Below are positions 42,701-55,395 of a stretch of DNA of 64,000 nt, piece by piece. Each line of letters starts with the position of its first letter. Positions within the stretch are counted from its first letter, which is position 1. The translations under genes and the position numbers were made by a program. The stretch is from NCBI GenBank assembly GCA_020137815.1, contig CM035353.1:496001-560000 (forward strand), in the 5' to 3' direction. The stretch comes from Hormiphora californensis (Eukaryota > Animalia > Ctenophora). Under the pieces are notes generated by a model that worked only from the letters and a program-made list of their open reading frames with translations, was not told the origin of the DNA and did no database searches.

Positions 42701-43150
42701 TAAACTTCCATCAACAAATTGAAGATACGACTAACATGAAGAGTGGCAACACATGTATTGAGAATATTTGTAGTATCTGTGTAAATACAATTCCAACTCG
42801 ATTATTTCGTATTACAGTAGGACCCCGATTTAGTGGCCCGCGATTTAGTGGCAGGATAATCTTCCCCCGATATAGGAAATTAACAGTATTTGACCCCGAT
42901 TTAGTGGACACCCCGATTTAGTGGACAAAACCCTTTCCCCCGAGGATGCCACTAAATCGGGCACACTTTTATTTGAAAAATTGATAACGACGACTTGCAG
43001 ATATTGAGGGAGTGAAAACTATCTTCAAAGAAGTTTGAAAAAGTAACTTATAGTGTAATTATTTACCAGGAGGGGTTGTCGGTTGCTCCTCCGCCTTTGG
43101 CGTTGTCACCACTTTCACTGCTCCAGATTCGGATATGAGAATCTTTCCCC
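33157..43150 (-). CDS. PHRF1: PHRF1/SCAF11-like protein: RING, PHD, long RS-rich region and C-terminal SRI-like domain; first exon tentative
   Basis: CPVC...[24 protein letters not shown] (RING), [42 protein letters not shown] (PHD), RS exon about 35856-38596, [27 protein letters not shown]...[10 protein letters not shown] (SRI-like). Confidence 0.85.
34454..35089 (-). CDS. CHMP6: Charged multivesicular body protein 6 / Vps20 (Snf7 family), intronless CDS nested in a PHRF1 intron
   Basis: N-myristoylation start [40 protein letters not shown]-like [28 protein letters not shown]2-like DLPEVP. Confidence 0.94.
   Translation of the reverse strand: MGSLFSKKSTPKSRVTEQDQAVLKLKQTRDKLKQYQKKIQLNQDKERKLAKQCLDQGRKDKALRLLKKKKFQDGLLEKTDNQLDNLERMVSDIEFAQCEIKIMEGLKSGNEALKELNAIMSLDDVEKILGDTEDAVAYQQEIDAMLTGTSIVEFDEEELEGELDAMLAAEEESKMPDVPVSGIDLPEVPEHEVGEGEKREVKERPRELVAG
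37207..37945 (-). repeat. Coding 45-bp tandem repeat (about 16 x [15 protein letters not shown])
   Basis: Unit gagccactttcagaacgttttctggacgtctttctaggagcaggg on the plus strand. Confidence 0.95.
40033..40160. mobile_element. Small MITE with cagtggtg...caccact ends; related copy at about 43315-43467
   Basis: Inverted ends cagtggtgcyycgtcatatt / aayatracrgagcaccact at both loci. Confidence 0.6.
40764..42153. mobile_element. Kolobok-like foldback non-autonomous transposon
   Basis: TTAA TSD, GG...CC termini and ~600-bp near-perfect inverted arms. Confidence 0.85.
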
Positions 43151-44176
43151 CAAACTGGCTTTGAGTCATGAATAGACTAACTAAAATACAGGAGTGGTTA
43201 AAATTGTAAAATTTTTAGAAAATCAGGAAGAGCGTAACAGAATCATGTCGTAAATTTTTCCATTTTCGGCAATTTTCCATCAGAAATCGCGTTTTCCCAG
43301 TAGACCGAGTCTAACAGTGGTGCTTCGTCATATTGACCACACGCACAGCGCCCCCTACGTCGTTCCCAGCGTCCAAAACTAACCGTGTATGCTTTTTTAT
43401 CGCGTTTGGGACGCTGTAAACCATGCATGAGGGCTGGGGGCGTGGCCAATATAACAGAGCACCACTGTTACTTCCACACTCGATGCCGGGACTGCAGAGT
43501 AAATAACCAGACGAGTGGGAAAATACAGTTTTTTTCTCAGAAAATTATAATAAATTACCCACACACCGTCATACTCTCATACTCCCTCTCTCTGCTCTCA
43601 GAAAAGAAACGAAAAAAAGTGAAAAGCGGATTTGAAAGTGGGGTGTTTTAAAAAATTGCTTGCAATGAGCGCGCGCGAAAAAGTCGCGCGTCAGGGACAA
43701 TTTGACGTAACTTATTTTAATTCGCGCGTTCCGAACAATTTATTGAAAACAACGGGTTTTCCTAATATAAATATACAAATTAGTGTACTTGCATTAATAT
43801 TCTATACATATTTCTATACAACTCACAATATAGTGTCTTTAGAAGTGTTTATGTGTATTGTTTACTCAGTGAGTCAGACTCCGGCTCAGAGTTATATATT
43901 ACTTGTTATAGTGTTGGGCACGTCGCGCCCCCCATGTTCGCTTGCCATGCTACGCAGTCTGTCTATCGGCCGGTGTGAGAGCTGACAGACAAGGAACATG
44001 TCAAATGTTCGCGCAGGCAAGTTATAGTGTAACTGTAACTCGGAGTACGGAGTCTGACTTAGTGACTTACAGACTTATAAATATGAATCGTGCTGCATGG
44101 GCTGTTACTTAACAGTTATTAGTTAACAAATTGAATTAAATATGATTAATGAAATTATCTTAAATTCCATACCGAT

Positions 44177-44683
44177 TCACCCAACTATCTCACACATATT
44201 GTCTGTACTCGCCAACTCACTCTCTAGCTCTGCAACCTCATACTGTAGTTTCTCTTTTCTCTCGCCCAACTCTCTCTCCCTTCCTGCCAAGCAAGCTGGG
44301 CTATAGTTATTCTTAGCTTGGGTAATCTTCCCCCTTGTCTCATTCAACCTCTCACCATAATCGGCCTCCTCGGCCCTCTGTACCTCTCTCACCTCCAACA
44401 TCTCTCTATCAGCCTTCTCGACATCTCTCTGGTGCTCTCTATTCCTTTTATCCAACTCTAAAGCCTCTCCAACTAACCCCTGGTTCCGGAGAACAACCGA
44501 TTCCCTGATATCCTGGACTGTTTTGAGGTGCTGTGAGGTTTGTTCAAGTTTTTCGTATACCCCGGTAAGAGTCTCCTTCAGTTGAGCTGTCTTGAGGAGT
44601 GAGGCTTTGAGCTGTTTTTCATACAGTGCCTTGTGCTCTGATAACTCCGGGAGAGTGCTTGTAATGTACTCTGTCGTTGCCAT
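44177..44683 (-). CDS. Coiled-coil protein of unknown family, probably continuing after an intron near 44180
   Basis: 168-aa ATG-initiated ORF rich in E/K/L/R heptads, ending at a donor-like GTGAAT. Confidence 0.6.
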   Translation of the reverse strand: MATTEYITSTLPELSEHKALYEKQLKASLLKTAQLKETLTGVYEKLEQTSQHLKTVQDIRESVVLRNQGLVGEALELDKRNREHQRDVEKADREMLEVREVQRAEEADYGERLNETRGKITQAKNNYSPACLAGRERELGERKEKLQYEVAELESELASTDNMCEIVG

Positions 44684-45323
44684 GGTGATTTAATAAATAC
44701 TTGAGGTTGCTGGGTTGTGGTTGAGTGGTTACTGGTGGTTGTTGAGTGGTAGGTGCTCTCTTGTAGAGGATGGATTTTACACGCTCTTTCTCTGTGACTT
44801 GTTTGAATTTTACATTTGCTAGAAAGATAATGGGGTGTTCAATGGGGTGTTCAATCTGTCAGAAATAAAATGGATGCAATTCAAAAGGGAGTAATAAATT
44901 TTAATAGGTCACAGGAGGTAAGAAAACATCTCAAACACACATAGATATACAAATACCAACGTCTAAATACACAGGGCGGGCTCTGCACAATAATTGTCTA
45001 GTTTGTATTTGATCTTCAACATCACTGTCAGAGCATTGGCCTGACAACAACTTCAAGGAGTTGAAAGCGAAGCAGTGTCGGTGCACAAGGCAGAGCTGCC
45101 TAACAAATCCCATTTTTGAAAATCTTATCCAAAACTTACAAAATAACCATACATCATTATTCATCCTGACCGTGCTTGACTGATAAACTATTTAAGTGTA
45201 AATAATACAAAATAGAGGCACTTATCGAGGCCTGCACACTATTTAACCTATACAAATTTCATAGAGTTAATGATGACCAGGATAATCCCACAAAGGGCCC
45301 TACCATATACAAATTCAAGTTAT

Positions 45324-48300
45324 CTACTGTGCCTTTAGCTTTTCACCCCCTCCATTTTCCTTGACCTTCCCTGTTCCCTTCGTCATGTAGGATTGCAGAT
45401 AGAAGTTGGAGAAAAGAATGAAGAATGATGCAGCGTAGCCCAGGCAGGCATACTGCATCCAGGCTGGGAAATCACAGCCCATGTAGAGAGACACTACACA
45501 ATGAGTCATTGCCCATGCAAACTGCACCTGGAAAAGTAGTGTGTTACAACTTGTGTGGCTCACCCCGCACGTGTGTGAGTTCAGTAGATCAATATAGGAT
45601 GACACGAACACAATAGGAACCGACCGAATCAGGAAATACTGGTCCCTAAATAACGAGTTCTGATTGGTTGTTTACTTGTGTCGGTCGGTTCCTGGAATAC
45701 AACAAGAGATGGAATTTAGTAAAAGGTTCCTTACCAGCAGGAACCGACCGAACCAAGTAAACAACCAATCAGAACTCGTTATTTAGGTCACGTGACTGGT
45801 TATCAGCCAATCAGGGACCAGTATTCCCTGATTCGGTCGGTTCCTGCTTACCAGCTGGTAATGAGTTATGTGCTTCTTCCACCACAGGTATTTCTGCATT
45901 TGGGGGCCCATCGCAGATAGACCATAGTAGCTGTACATGAACACATGGACGGAAGAGTTAACTAGGGCCCCGAAGAAGGATTGTCCACCAGCCACCCATT
46001 TAATACCAATCCACCACAAGAGGGGCATGGTGACGTGATGGTATACGTGAAGGAATGTTACTTGTCGATACTTCTTTCGTAGGATGAACATTACCTATAA
46101 TGTTAGGTGTTAGAATTGTCTAGTCAGGGAATTACAGTATCAGATAGGGTGGAGGAAGATATTAGCAGAATTAGGGGAGGGGTAAATGTGTCTCATTGTA
46201 CTTACAGTATCCATGAATTCAATGGGTTTTGAAACAAAGTACCACCACAGAGCAGCCGCCATCTGAAAAAGATAGGATATTATAAAATGTAAACTCAAGT
46301 TCCCAATTAAAATTAACAATTGGGTGGTATGACGCCACGAACAATGTTCTAGAGTGGGTTATAGAGCTGGCCCGTTCTGTATTTCTCACACGAGACATTC
46401 CGAACAAGGTCCGGGTTCAATGAGCTACTGCACTGAACTTTGAGGGTTACGGAGAATGGAGATCAAGGTTCGGGAGAGGGCTGTCTTTTACTCTTTTGTG
46501 AGATAGACCAGTCATATGATGCATGATATGGAACATAATTGATCTAAATGTGATTCCACTTCTAGGGCACTCCAATAGGTCCCTAGAACCACCAAAAAAA
46601 TTTGACACTCTTCATCAAATGAATAAATGTGGTTTTTGGGCCACGCCCTTATACCTGTATTTTCAGTCATGTGGTCAAAACTGAAAACCATCTTAGGAAA
46701 CGAGTAGAGAAGAAATCACTAAAGTGTGTAGCGTCCTCGCATTAGTGGGGGTAGGTGCCGGAATTAAGTCTCTATTTCATCTGGTTAATTAGATAATTGG
46801 ATAATTAGGTATGCGCATAACCGTTTTTTGGCTATATGGCTATAGCCACTTATAAATGGTTTAGAGACTTTTCACTGGTGCCATTTTGTAGGCAATGGCC
46901 AAGTTATGGGGGGTCGACATCGGACTTTTAAGCTCTATCTCCAACCGTTTAGCCGTTATTTCGATTCAAAGGTGCTGAAAATGAGTAAAAATCGGGCTTT
47001 TTCCCGTTTTTTGCTCATTTTCAGCACCTTAAAAGCCAAATAACGGCTAAACGGTTGAAGATAGAGCTTAAAAGTCCGACGTCGACCCCCCATAACTTGG
47101 CCATTGCCTACAAAATGGCACCAGTGAAAAGTCTCTAAACCATTTATAAGTGGCTATAGCCATATAGCCAAAAAACGGTTATGCGCATACCTAATTATCC
47201 AATTATCTAATTAACCAGATGAGATAGACTTAATTCCGGCACCTACCCCCACTAATGCGAGGACGCTACACACTTTAGTGCCCTTGATTTCTTCTCTACT
47301 CGTTTCCTAAGATGGTTTTCAGTTTTGACCACATGACTGAAAATACAGGTATAAGGGCGTGGCCCAAAAACCAGATTTATTCATTTGATGAAGAGTGACA
47401 AATTTTTTGGTGGTTCTAGGGACCTATTTGAGTGCCCTAGAAGTGGAATCACATTTAGATCAATTATGTTTTTTTTTCGGTCCAAAACCGACATCATATG
47501 ACTGGTCTAAAGGTCCCCCAAAACTACTATGTCCCTTGCTGCGCGCGACCGGATTTTAGACGGCCATAGCTCCACCCCCTGATAAGATAGAGACTTGAAA
47601 TTTGTTTTGTGAGGAGATCATGTCGAGTTCTTCCTACAAAACAAATTTCAAGTCTCTATCTCATCAGGGAGTGGAGTTATGACCGTGGGAAATTTTACAA
47701 AACCCGAGTGAGGGACATAGTAGTTTGGGGTGTACTTTAAGACAAGATATCTTGGAAGAAGACAGGTCACCAAGCGGAGCTGTAATGTTCTCACGGTGCG
47801 CGCGGAACAGCACTGCTGAAAGAGTCAGCGGGCTATGTTTCAATGGGTTGAGGTACTCGCGCGTTACATTAAAAACAACATTTGAGTTGGAATTGCCACT
47901 ACCGGGTTGCAATGCAGCAGTTGCTCAGTAGTAATCAGTAGTAGTGCAGCAGTTTAAGTGATGTCTGAACCCGGTAGTAACACTTCCCTGAACTGCTGTG
48001 TAAATTAGTGAAGACTGAAGACGTGAAACACAGTGTTCTCGAAAGCTTCGGTCAATTTATTGATCTAGTACCATTATATCGATGTTTATGTATGCTACAG
48101 AGCTTTAATGTATTCATTATTCTCCGAACAAGCCGCTCTCCCATAATCGATTAGTATTGTTACCCTCCCCCCAGTCTACAAGTAAGAGGGAGAGTGAAAG
48201 GGAGAGATGGAGGGAGAGACTGTCCTCCCGTATGATCTGTGTCTTATTAGTTGGTGCTATCACTTCAATCTTTACTTAGTATGTTTTGTACGATTTGTTC

Positions 48301-51300
48301 ATTCTCTGTGGCCATACTCCTAGCTCCCACCTTTCAAAAACTGAATACACTTTCATGCGAGAAAAACTTGATATGTAATATGTTCTAACCCTCCCTTTAC
48401 ATTTGGGCCCGAAACACAGCCAGGCAAAGAAAAACTTCGTTGTGCTTGCTCAACGGCTACATGTAGCTGTGGCGGTCTCAACTCATAACTTACTAAATTA
48501 TCTTTTGATTAATCGCCATGTTACTTTAAGGCGTTCTTCGGGGGGGGGGGGGGGGGGGGGGCAAGGCAGCATTCAGCAATATTACACTATTTTGTCTAGC
48601 TATCAAATGTGACTATCAATGGAGTACGTCAGTGTGAGTACAATGATTCTGGTTCTTTTTTTTGTGTCACTGGCAGATTCTAGTAATAATGGTAAGTTAT
48701 CTTCTATAATTATAGTGATAAGGATAGCATATTTGAGAAAAAATCGTGAAAGACTTTGTTGTATCAAATTTTTACAATTTTCAGTACCTACACAACACGG
48801 TGTCCCTTAAGGAGGTGAAACCTCGACTAGATAAAGTTTTTTGGAAACCGGACCTAGGTTACGTATTTTTGACCGAGGAATCCGAAAAACATAAAATTAA
48901 AATCGAAAACGTAGCGGTTTTTGCGTAAAACGGCAAAAACTGTCATTTTTCAGCGATTTTCGACTTTTTACGCTTTCTAGAGATTTAAAAAATATTTCCT
49001 TACAAGATATGATCTTGTGCTTCTAGACTAATAAAATACAATCGATTTGCTACAAATTGGTCCCGGGTTTGTGTGATTTGGTCAAAAGCTCTCTTTACTG
49101 TGGCCCATCAAAGATGGCCACTCTGCAAATACGTATTTGGCTCCTGTGGCCGCAGATGTAAACCAAAATAAGATTTATTATACACCAAAATTTGCGTCTT
49201 CTCAAGGCAAACAACCTGGTTTTTACGAAATTTGATTTCATGCAGGCGTTCAAAAATTACAGCCGAAAAACTGGTACAGTGGATTTCGGAAATACCCCTA
49301 CTTCAACAAATCCTAATCCAGATAAGATTTCGAAAAATATACATGTTCATACATGAAAATGAAGCTCAGACAAATGCCAACGTGATGCAAAAAACGGGAA
49401 GTGTGTAACTTATTTCGTTTAGAAGCTATAGCCAAAATAAAAGTGCTTATATTTGCCTTGAAAACACCCTCTAAAAACCATACTTTTAGACAATTTCTGA
49501 CAATTTCAAACAAATTCTGTCCACAGGGGGCTAAGTTGGTGCACTGGAGGTGAAATTTTATTCTTATTGCATAATGCATTTTTAGACAGATTTGCTATTT
49601 TTCAGGGCTTTTAGAGGGTGTTTTCAATGCAAAAATAAGCACTTTTATTTGGGCTATAGCGTCTAAACGAAATAATTTACACACTTCCCGTTTGTTGCAT
49701 CGTATTGGCATTTGTCTGAGCTTCATTTTCATGTATGAACATGTATATTTTTCGAAATCTTATCTGGATTAGGAATTGTTGAAGTAGGGGTATTTCCGAA
49801 ATCCACTGTACCAGTTTTTCGGCTGTAATTTTTGAACGCCTGCATGAAATCAAATTTCGTAAAAACCAGGTTGTTTGCCTTGAGAAGACGCAAATTTTGG
49901 TGTATAATAAATCTTATTTTGGTTTACATCTGCGGCCACAGGAGCCAAATACGTATTTGCAGAGTGGCCATCTTTGATGGGCCACAGTAAAGAGAGCTTT
50001 TGACCAAATCACACAAACCCGGGACCAATTTGTAGCAAATCGATTGTATTTTATTAGTCTAGAAGCACAAGATCATATCTTGTAAGGAAATATTTTTTAA
50101 ATCTCTAGAAAGCGTAAAAAGTCGAAAATCGCTGAAAAATGACAGTTTTTGCCAATTTACGCAAAAACCGCTACGTTTTCGATTTTAATTTTATGTTTTT
50201 CGGATTCCTCGGTCAAAAATACGTAACCTAGGTCCGGTTTCCAAAAAACTTTATCTAGTCGAGGTTTCTCCTCCTTAAGGGACACCGTGACAAGTGATAC
50301 GGCCGTTCTCTGCGACTTTAAGCAGTACATACTCCTGGTATGATAACCAGGGCACCCACTACTACTACCCTGCTGCTCTCAGTATAGACAACGACGTGGC
50401 GACATATGCAGAAGCCCACCTTGATGACACTGCCTCATGGCTCCTGGTGACATTCTCTAACACTGACATTCCAATTAGAGAGGTCTCTTTGGTTCTCTAT
50501 AGCACTGCTTCAGGGAGAGATACGAACATCGTTAGAGTAATTGCTGCATTTATGACTGATGCAGTGGTATATGTGGTAGACAGTGCCGAGAAGAAACACC
50601 AAGTGCGGAATTGTGCAACTAAATCTAGATGATGTTAGTGCAGAGGGACAGACATACAGCTGGCCGTGTGAGGTCTGGGGCAGCCAGATACGTGTGGAGA
50701 GCAGTGCAGGGAAGATGGAATTTTATGGTAGTTACAGAAACAAGCATGTTCTCGTTGCAGAGTGTACCGTGTATGCTCCACGATACGGTATGTTATACAA
50801 TCCACGGAGGACTCGTATCTCTGAGCTCTAGAGACGTGACACTCTCGAATCTATCTTTCTTCTTTATATCGCCATCTCATAAAAATCTCACCTACTCTTG
50901 CCGCACCCCGTGACGGCTCACGGAGGACAAATTTTGTAGAAGTATTTCCTATTTTTTGAAATTTTGAGCATAAATTAAATTTCATAACTCAGATATGAGA
51001 GAGTTAGAGATAGAGGGAGGTAGTGAGAGTGAGAGAGTAACGGCCCTTTTCGGCATCAACTAGTAGATATAATTTAACTTTTTAGACCCTTCAGCTTTAG
51101 ATCGAGATCAGAATTTTATGTTTATTGTTTGAGGCGTTGTTAGGCGTTGTTAGGGGTGGTAGATTGTAGCATGGGGAGTAGTTTCAAGAACAGTTTCAAA
51201 GAAAGAACAACATGTGCGCAGTTAGTATAACGAGCGGGAGGTTGAGATGTTAGATGATGATACATGTAATAATTACCACCCATCTCTCCCTGCCTGCCAC

Positions 51301-53543
51301 TTAAAAGATAAATTCACACGTTGGCAAACTCGGCTGACCGTTAAATTCATAGTTCTACAAATAGCTCTGCATCTGTATGTGTCTATATGCCTTTTGACTT
51401 TGGAACATAACCATATCAAACAAAAATGTTGTTTGCTTTCCTTTTGTTTGTTCTTGTTGCCAGTAGTGCAGCAGGGAATCAACACAAGTTAGAGTTCAAA
51501 TCTGGTGACATGTCATCGGTGTTTAAAGGTGATTCGGCTGAACTTGCCTTTGATGGAAATTGGTCTACCAGGGCCCACTCGATATGCGACGGGGCAGGAA
51601 ATGAAATATGGATGAGGCTCGTTCTTTTTAATGAGTCGATCGTGATTGGGCTTACCGTTTGGCCAACCCATTTGTATGATGGAATCAACCTATCTAAAAG
51701 GTTCGGCGGTACTAAAATCTACGTAGTAGGAGAAGGAGAACAGTATTGTGGTGCTGTCACCATCCCTACTGCACCTGGTCAGACCAATTGTGATATCATT
51801 TGTGAACGTCCCGTCATTGGAAAAGAGGTGGTGTTTCGGCAACAAAAAAAAGATGGAGAATGGGCTTGTATACACCTATTTGAAGTTAACGCTTATGGTT
51901 TTACACGAGTCTTCGAATTTTTAGGTAAGTATTCTGCGTTCAAGCAATGTAATATTGTTCTAACCCTCCTCTAACCGCCTGTTTCCCGGGCGGGGCGTGG
52001 GAAATAGGGTCGAGCAAGGCTAATGTAATACCGTTGTTATTAATCGTCATGTTTGATGTTGTCCTAGATTTCATGTTAACCTAAGGGCTACACGGGTTAC
52101 CATGGAACATTACCGTTGTCTTTAGGAAAACCAGTACTAGATTCCAGGGGAGGGGTTGTGGGTAACATCGGCAAGGTAATTATTATCTGGAACTATGGGG
52201 GGATATTGCCCCACCGGTATTACAATACGCCATAGCCCAGATATCCATGACTAGTATGAAAGTTGGTGGAAGGCTATATGAAGCAGTGAGTATAATAGGA
52301 TCTATGTGCGTTGAAGTGTTCGTTTCAACCCGTGTTATTGTAAACCAGTCTCACCAAGATAAACATCACTACCACTCCCAGCTCCTCACTAAACTACACT
52401 CTCTAGTTATATCATTACCGGGAGTCTCCCAGGTACATTGTAAAAATTATTTCTCTAGGTGCTGGACACCCCCACCACACGGTAATATAAAGTATGTGTG
52501 ACGAGGAAAGAGTTGCAGTGAGAAAATTCTTACCCTGATAGCCAGTGGATCATCTGAGTAGTCCACCGGAGTGCATATCCAATTGTAATTACTTTTTAGA
52601 GCACATGTTAACAGCTGAAAATAGTGTTATGCTGAGATGATAATTAACATGATGATGATGACCATGTATAATAGTGTAACTGAAAAAGAAAGCTTTGAGC
52701 TCTTTCAATAGACGTTGCTATGGCAACTACAAAATCTTTAGAATATAACATTATATCCTAGGACGCTAGGTCTGATTCCTTGTTAACAACATCATGCATG
52801 TAAAGAAAGGGACAGCTTGTTATTATTGTGTGTAAAGTTCACAAGAATACAAAGCTGTTGTGATGTACAAAACTTTTAAAATATCAGGTTTATGTGATAC
52901 CAAGCCTTAATCAGATTGGTGAGGTCGTTATTACTATGTTATGTAAGTGGGATAGCTACGTAATTTGGTCTATTCACTGTGGGTGGTACATGTGTATTGC
53001 ACATGTACCACAATTATACAGGTATGGCTCTAATCCTAATACAATGCTATCTTTACTAGAATTGTTCATACTTTATTTTCTCCGTGTAAGTGCGGACACA
53101 GTGTCAGGCGACTCAAATCTATACAATTGTGTGTTATTATTAGTAGTATTGGTATTAGTATTACTATTAGCCGTACCTCGACGAAGATGTACAAATTAAG
53201 TAGGACCATGGCAAAATTGTAGACCATCAGGAACATCCGAGATTCCAAAGCCTTTCTCGTTTTCATGATCTGATGAAAGAGAAGTGGTGTTAGAGCACAT
53301 TGGTGTTAGAGCACATTGGTGTTAGAGCACATTGGGTTATTTGGACTTGATCTACAAATCCTCCCAGATCTCGCGGCGTGAGCCACACAAATTTGGACCG
53401 AATGTATATTGGACCGGCTGTTTTATTGATTGTCTTATCATTTTACCTGGGGTCCAATGGCAACAAAAAGTAGATACGCGACACACAGGTAGATTGTGTA
53501 CTTCGGTGAGCTCATCAAGGGCCACTCAGCTACCCGTTTATCT
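45324..53543 (-). CDS. ELOVL: Very-long-chain fatty acid elongase (ELOVL4/7-like); first exon not resolved
   Basis: [58 protein letters not shown]...[38 protein letters not shown] and a C-terminal KLKAQ ER-retrieval-like end. Confidence 0.94.
46504..47509. mobile_element. Academ-like foldback MITE
   Basis: TAG...CTA termini and ~480-bp inverted arms. A 3-bp TSD AGA is recovered once the adjacent 47511-47736 insertion is removed. Confidence 0.75.
47511..47736. mobile_element. Kolobok-like small foldback MITE
   Basis: AG...CT ends, CTAA/TTAA flanks, inverted aaactactatgtccct and gatagagacttgaaatttgttt. Confidence 0.65.
48619..50790 (+). pseudogene. Secreted F-type-lectin/discoidin-like gene disrupted by a transposon in exon 2, plus a frameshift near 50590
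   Basis: Signal-peptide exon 48619-48691 splices to VPTQ|[13 protein letters not shown]...[16 protein letters not shown]...WLLV once 48796-50293 is removed. KCG...WPC...VAECTVY continues in another frame. Confidence 0.65.
48796..50289. mobile_element. Chapaev-like (CMC) foldback non-autonomous transposon
   Basis: CACGGTG...CACCGTG termini, 4-bp TSD ACAA and ~680-bp inverted arms. Confidence 0.82.
51426..51924 (+). CDS. Secreted F-type-lectin/galactose-binding-like domain protein nested antisense in an ELOVL intron; probably has further exon(s)
   Basis: Signal peptide, [52 protein letters not shown]. Donor gtaagt at 51925. Confidence 0.7.
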
Positions 53544-54538
53544 GAATGATTCACATGTTACAACTTTTTACAGAAGTCGATATATTATTGACTTGAAATC
53601 GTTTTATTTGAAGTGACCCCCCCCCCCCCCCAACCCCACCCCCGTTTGGGGCACCACTTTTCCCAAAAAAAAGGAAAAGCCCGAAGAAAGCGCCAAAGAG
53701 AAAAAGGGGGGAAACCGTATAAAGATTTAATCGCGGTGAGCTTTTCACTTGGGTTCGATCATTTGCCCCCGGTGTTGGGGTTAGTAATAAATAAATCTTA
53801 AAATCACTCACTCAAATAAACAATAAATATTACGACGGACCGAACCAAAAAAAAACTTTTTTGCACCCGAAGAAAACCATCGAGGAGTTATGCGGTGCGG
53901 TGTGCGCGGCTTTGCATTTGCGCGGCCTTTGCAACTCATTGCTGACATCGGGTACTTTGCATGTTTGCATGTCATCTGGACTTCGCGCAATCTATATTTC
54001 TAGCAAACGAGATTTGTGTTTTCCCGTCGTACTTTTTCAGGACAAGCTGTTAGGTGGCTAATCAAATACTATGTTAGAGAGTGAGTGACTGAGAAAGAAG
54101 GAGCGAGAGAAACGGACAGACAGAGGGGACACACACACAGAGAAAGAGATCAGAGGCAGAGAGTGAGACAGGGAGACATTGAGACACGCTATCTTTCTAA
54201 TGACAAATAGGTATATATTTCTGAGTACATCATTTGGTATTAAAATCTCTCTGATTCCCAGAGTGCTGTACAAGATATATTTACAATAGACCACTTCCCA
54301 GTTCCAGAGACATGCATCATACGGCAGACACGCGTCTTTGGCTTTTTAAGAATTAAATGCATGCTTCTGAAATCTTTACATACACTCATTCTCTCTTTTC
54401 AGGATTTAAAAAGGAAGTAATTCACTTTCAACTCTATACAGATACTCACACAAAAGCTACAGAACAAAAAGAACAGTACATGATATCTTCAATTAAAAAA
54501 CAAAATCCCTCGTCACTATCATGACAGACTCCCTATAA

Positions 54539-55322
54539 CTATGAACTCTCGAATTGTCGTTGCCACTCCAGATACTTGGGTGCTAGAGTTCTTGACGATG
54601 GCTTCGTACTCGAGAGAGCGCATTCTACATCAATAGTCGTTACTGGCTGAATCTGCAAAAGTCGACCCGGATTTTCCGGGTTTGCCTCCTCCAAGATGTT
54701 AAAAATACTCCGGACACGTCTCATTGCAGCTTCCTTACAAACCAATCTGAATGTCAGATCCTGAATAACCCTCCGTAATATCGCCTAACTTCTCATAGTC
54801 CAATTTACACTCAATTCTCACTCCCTCCCCACTAGGGTTTATCACCGGGGGGAGATGGTGTCTAAACATTGATCTCCTTGCATCCCTGTTTGGTAAATCC
54901 ACCAGAATCCTCTTCTCCAATCGTCTCAGCATGGCATGGTCCAGCTCCCAGGGGAGGTTGCTGGCTGCCAATAGGAATACCAGATCATCCGATTTAGCCA
55001 GGCCATCCATTTGTACTAACAGCTCCGTTTTCATCCGAAGGGATCCCTCGTGTTCGTTAGACCCGGCACTACTACCCCCTCTCTGGGACATGAGGGATTC
55101 CAACTCGTCTACAAAGATGGTGGAAGGGGCATGGTATCTTGCTAACTCAAACAATACCCGGACCAACTTTTCGGAGTCACCTCTCCACTTGCTGACAATA
55201 CTGCTGGCGGAGATGTTGAAGAATGTGGTCTTGCACTCCGTGGCGATGGCTTTGGCGAGGAGAGTTTTACCTGTACCGGGAGGTCCGTATAACAGGAGAC
55301 CTTTCCAGGGTGATAGAATACC
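54539..55322 (-). CDS. KATNAL2: Katanin p60 subunit A-like 2, last exon (AAA ATPase); 1-bp frameshift near 54750
   Basis: [72 protein letters not shown]...LRRLEKRI...VCKEAAM...WQRQFES*. Confidence 0.93.
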
Positions 55323-55353
55323 TGAAAATAAAAGTAATTAATTATTGGATATA

Positions 55354-55395
55354 GTTTCAAACTTTTCAACACTACTTTAAACAAATTAATTTGAG
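55354..55395 (+). other. 42-nt spliced-leader-like sequence, copy 2
   Basis: Identical to 20127-20168 and forms the 5' end of the insertion. Confidence 0.8.
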
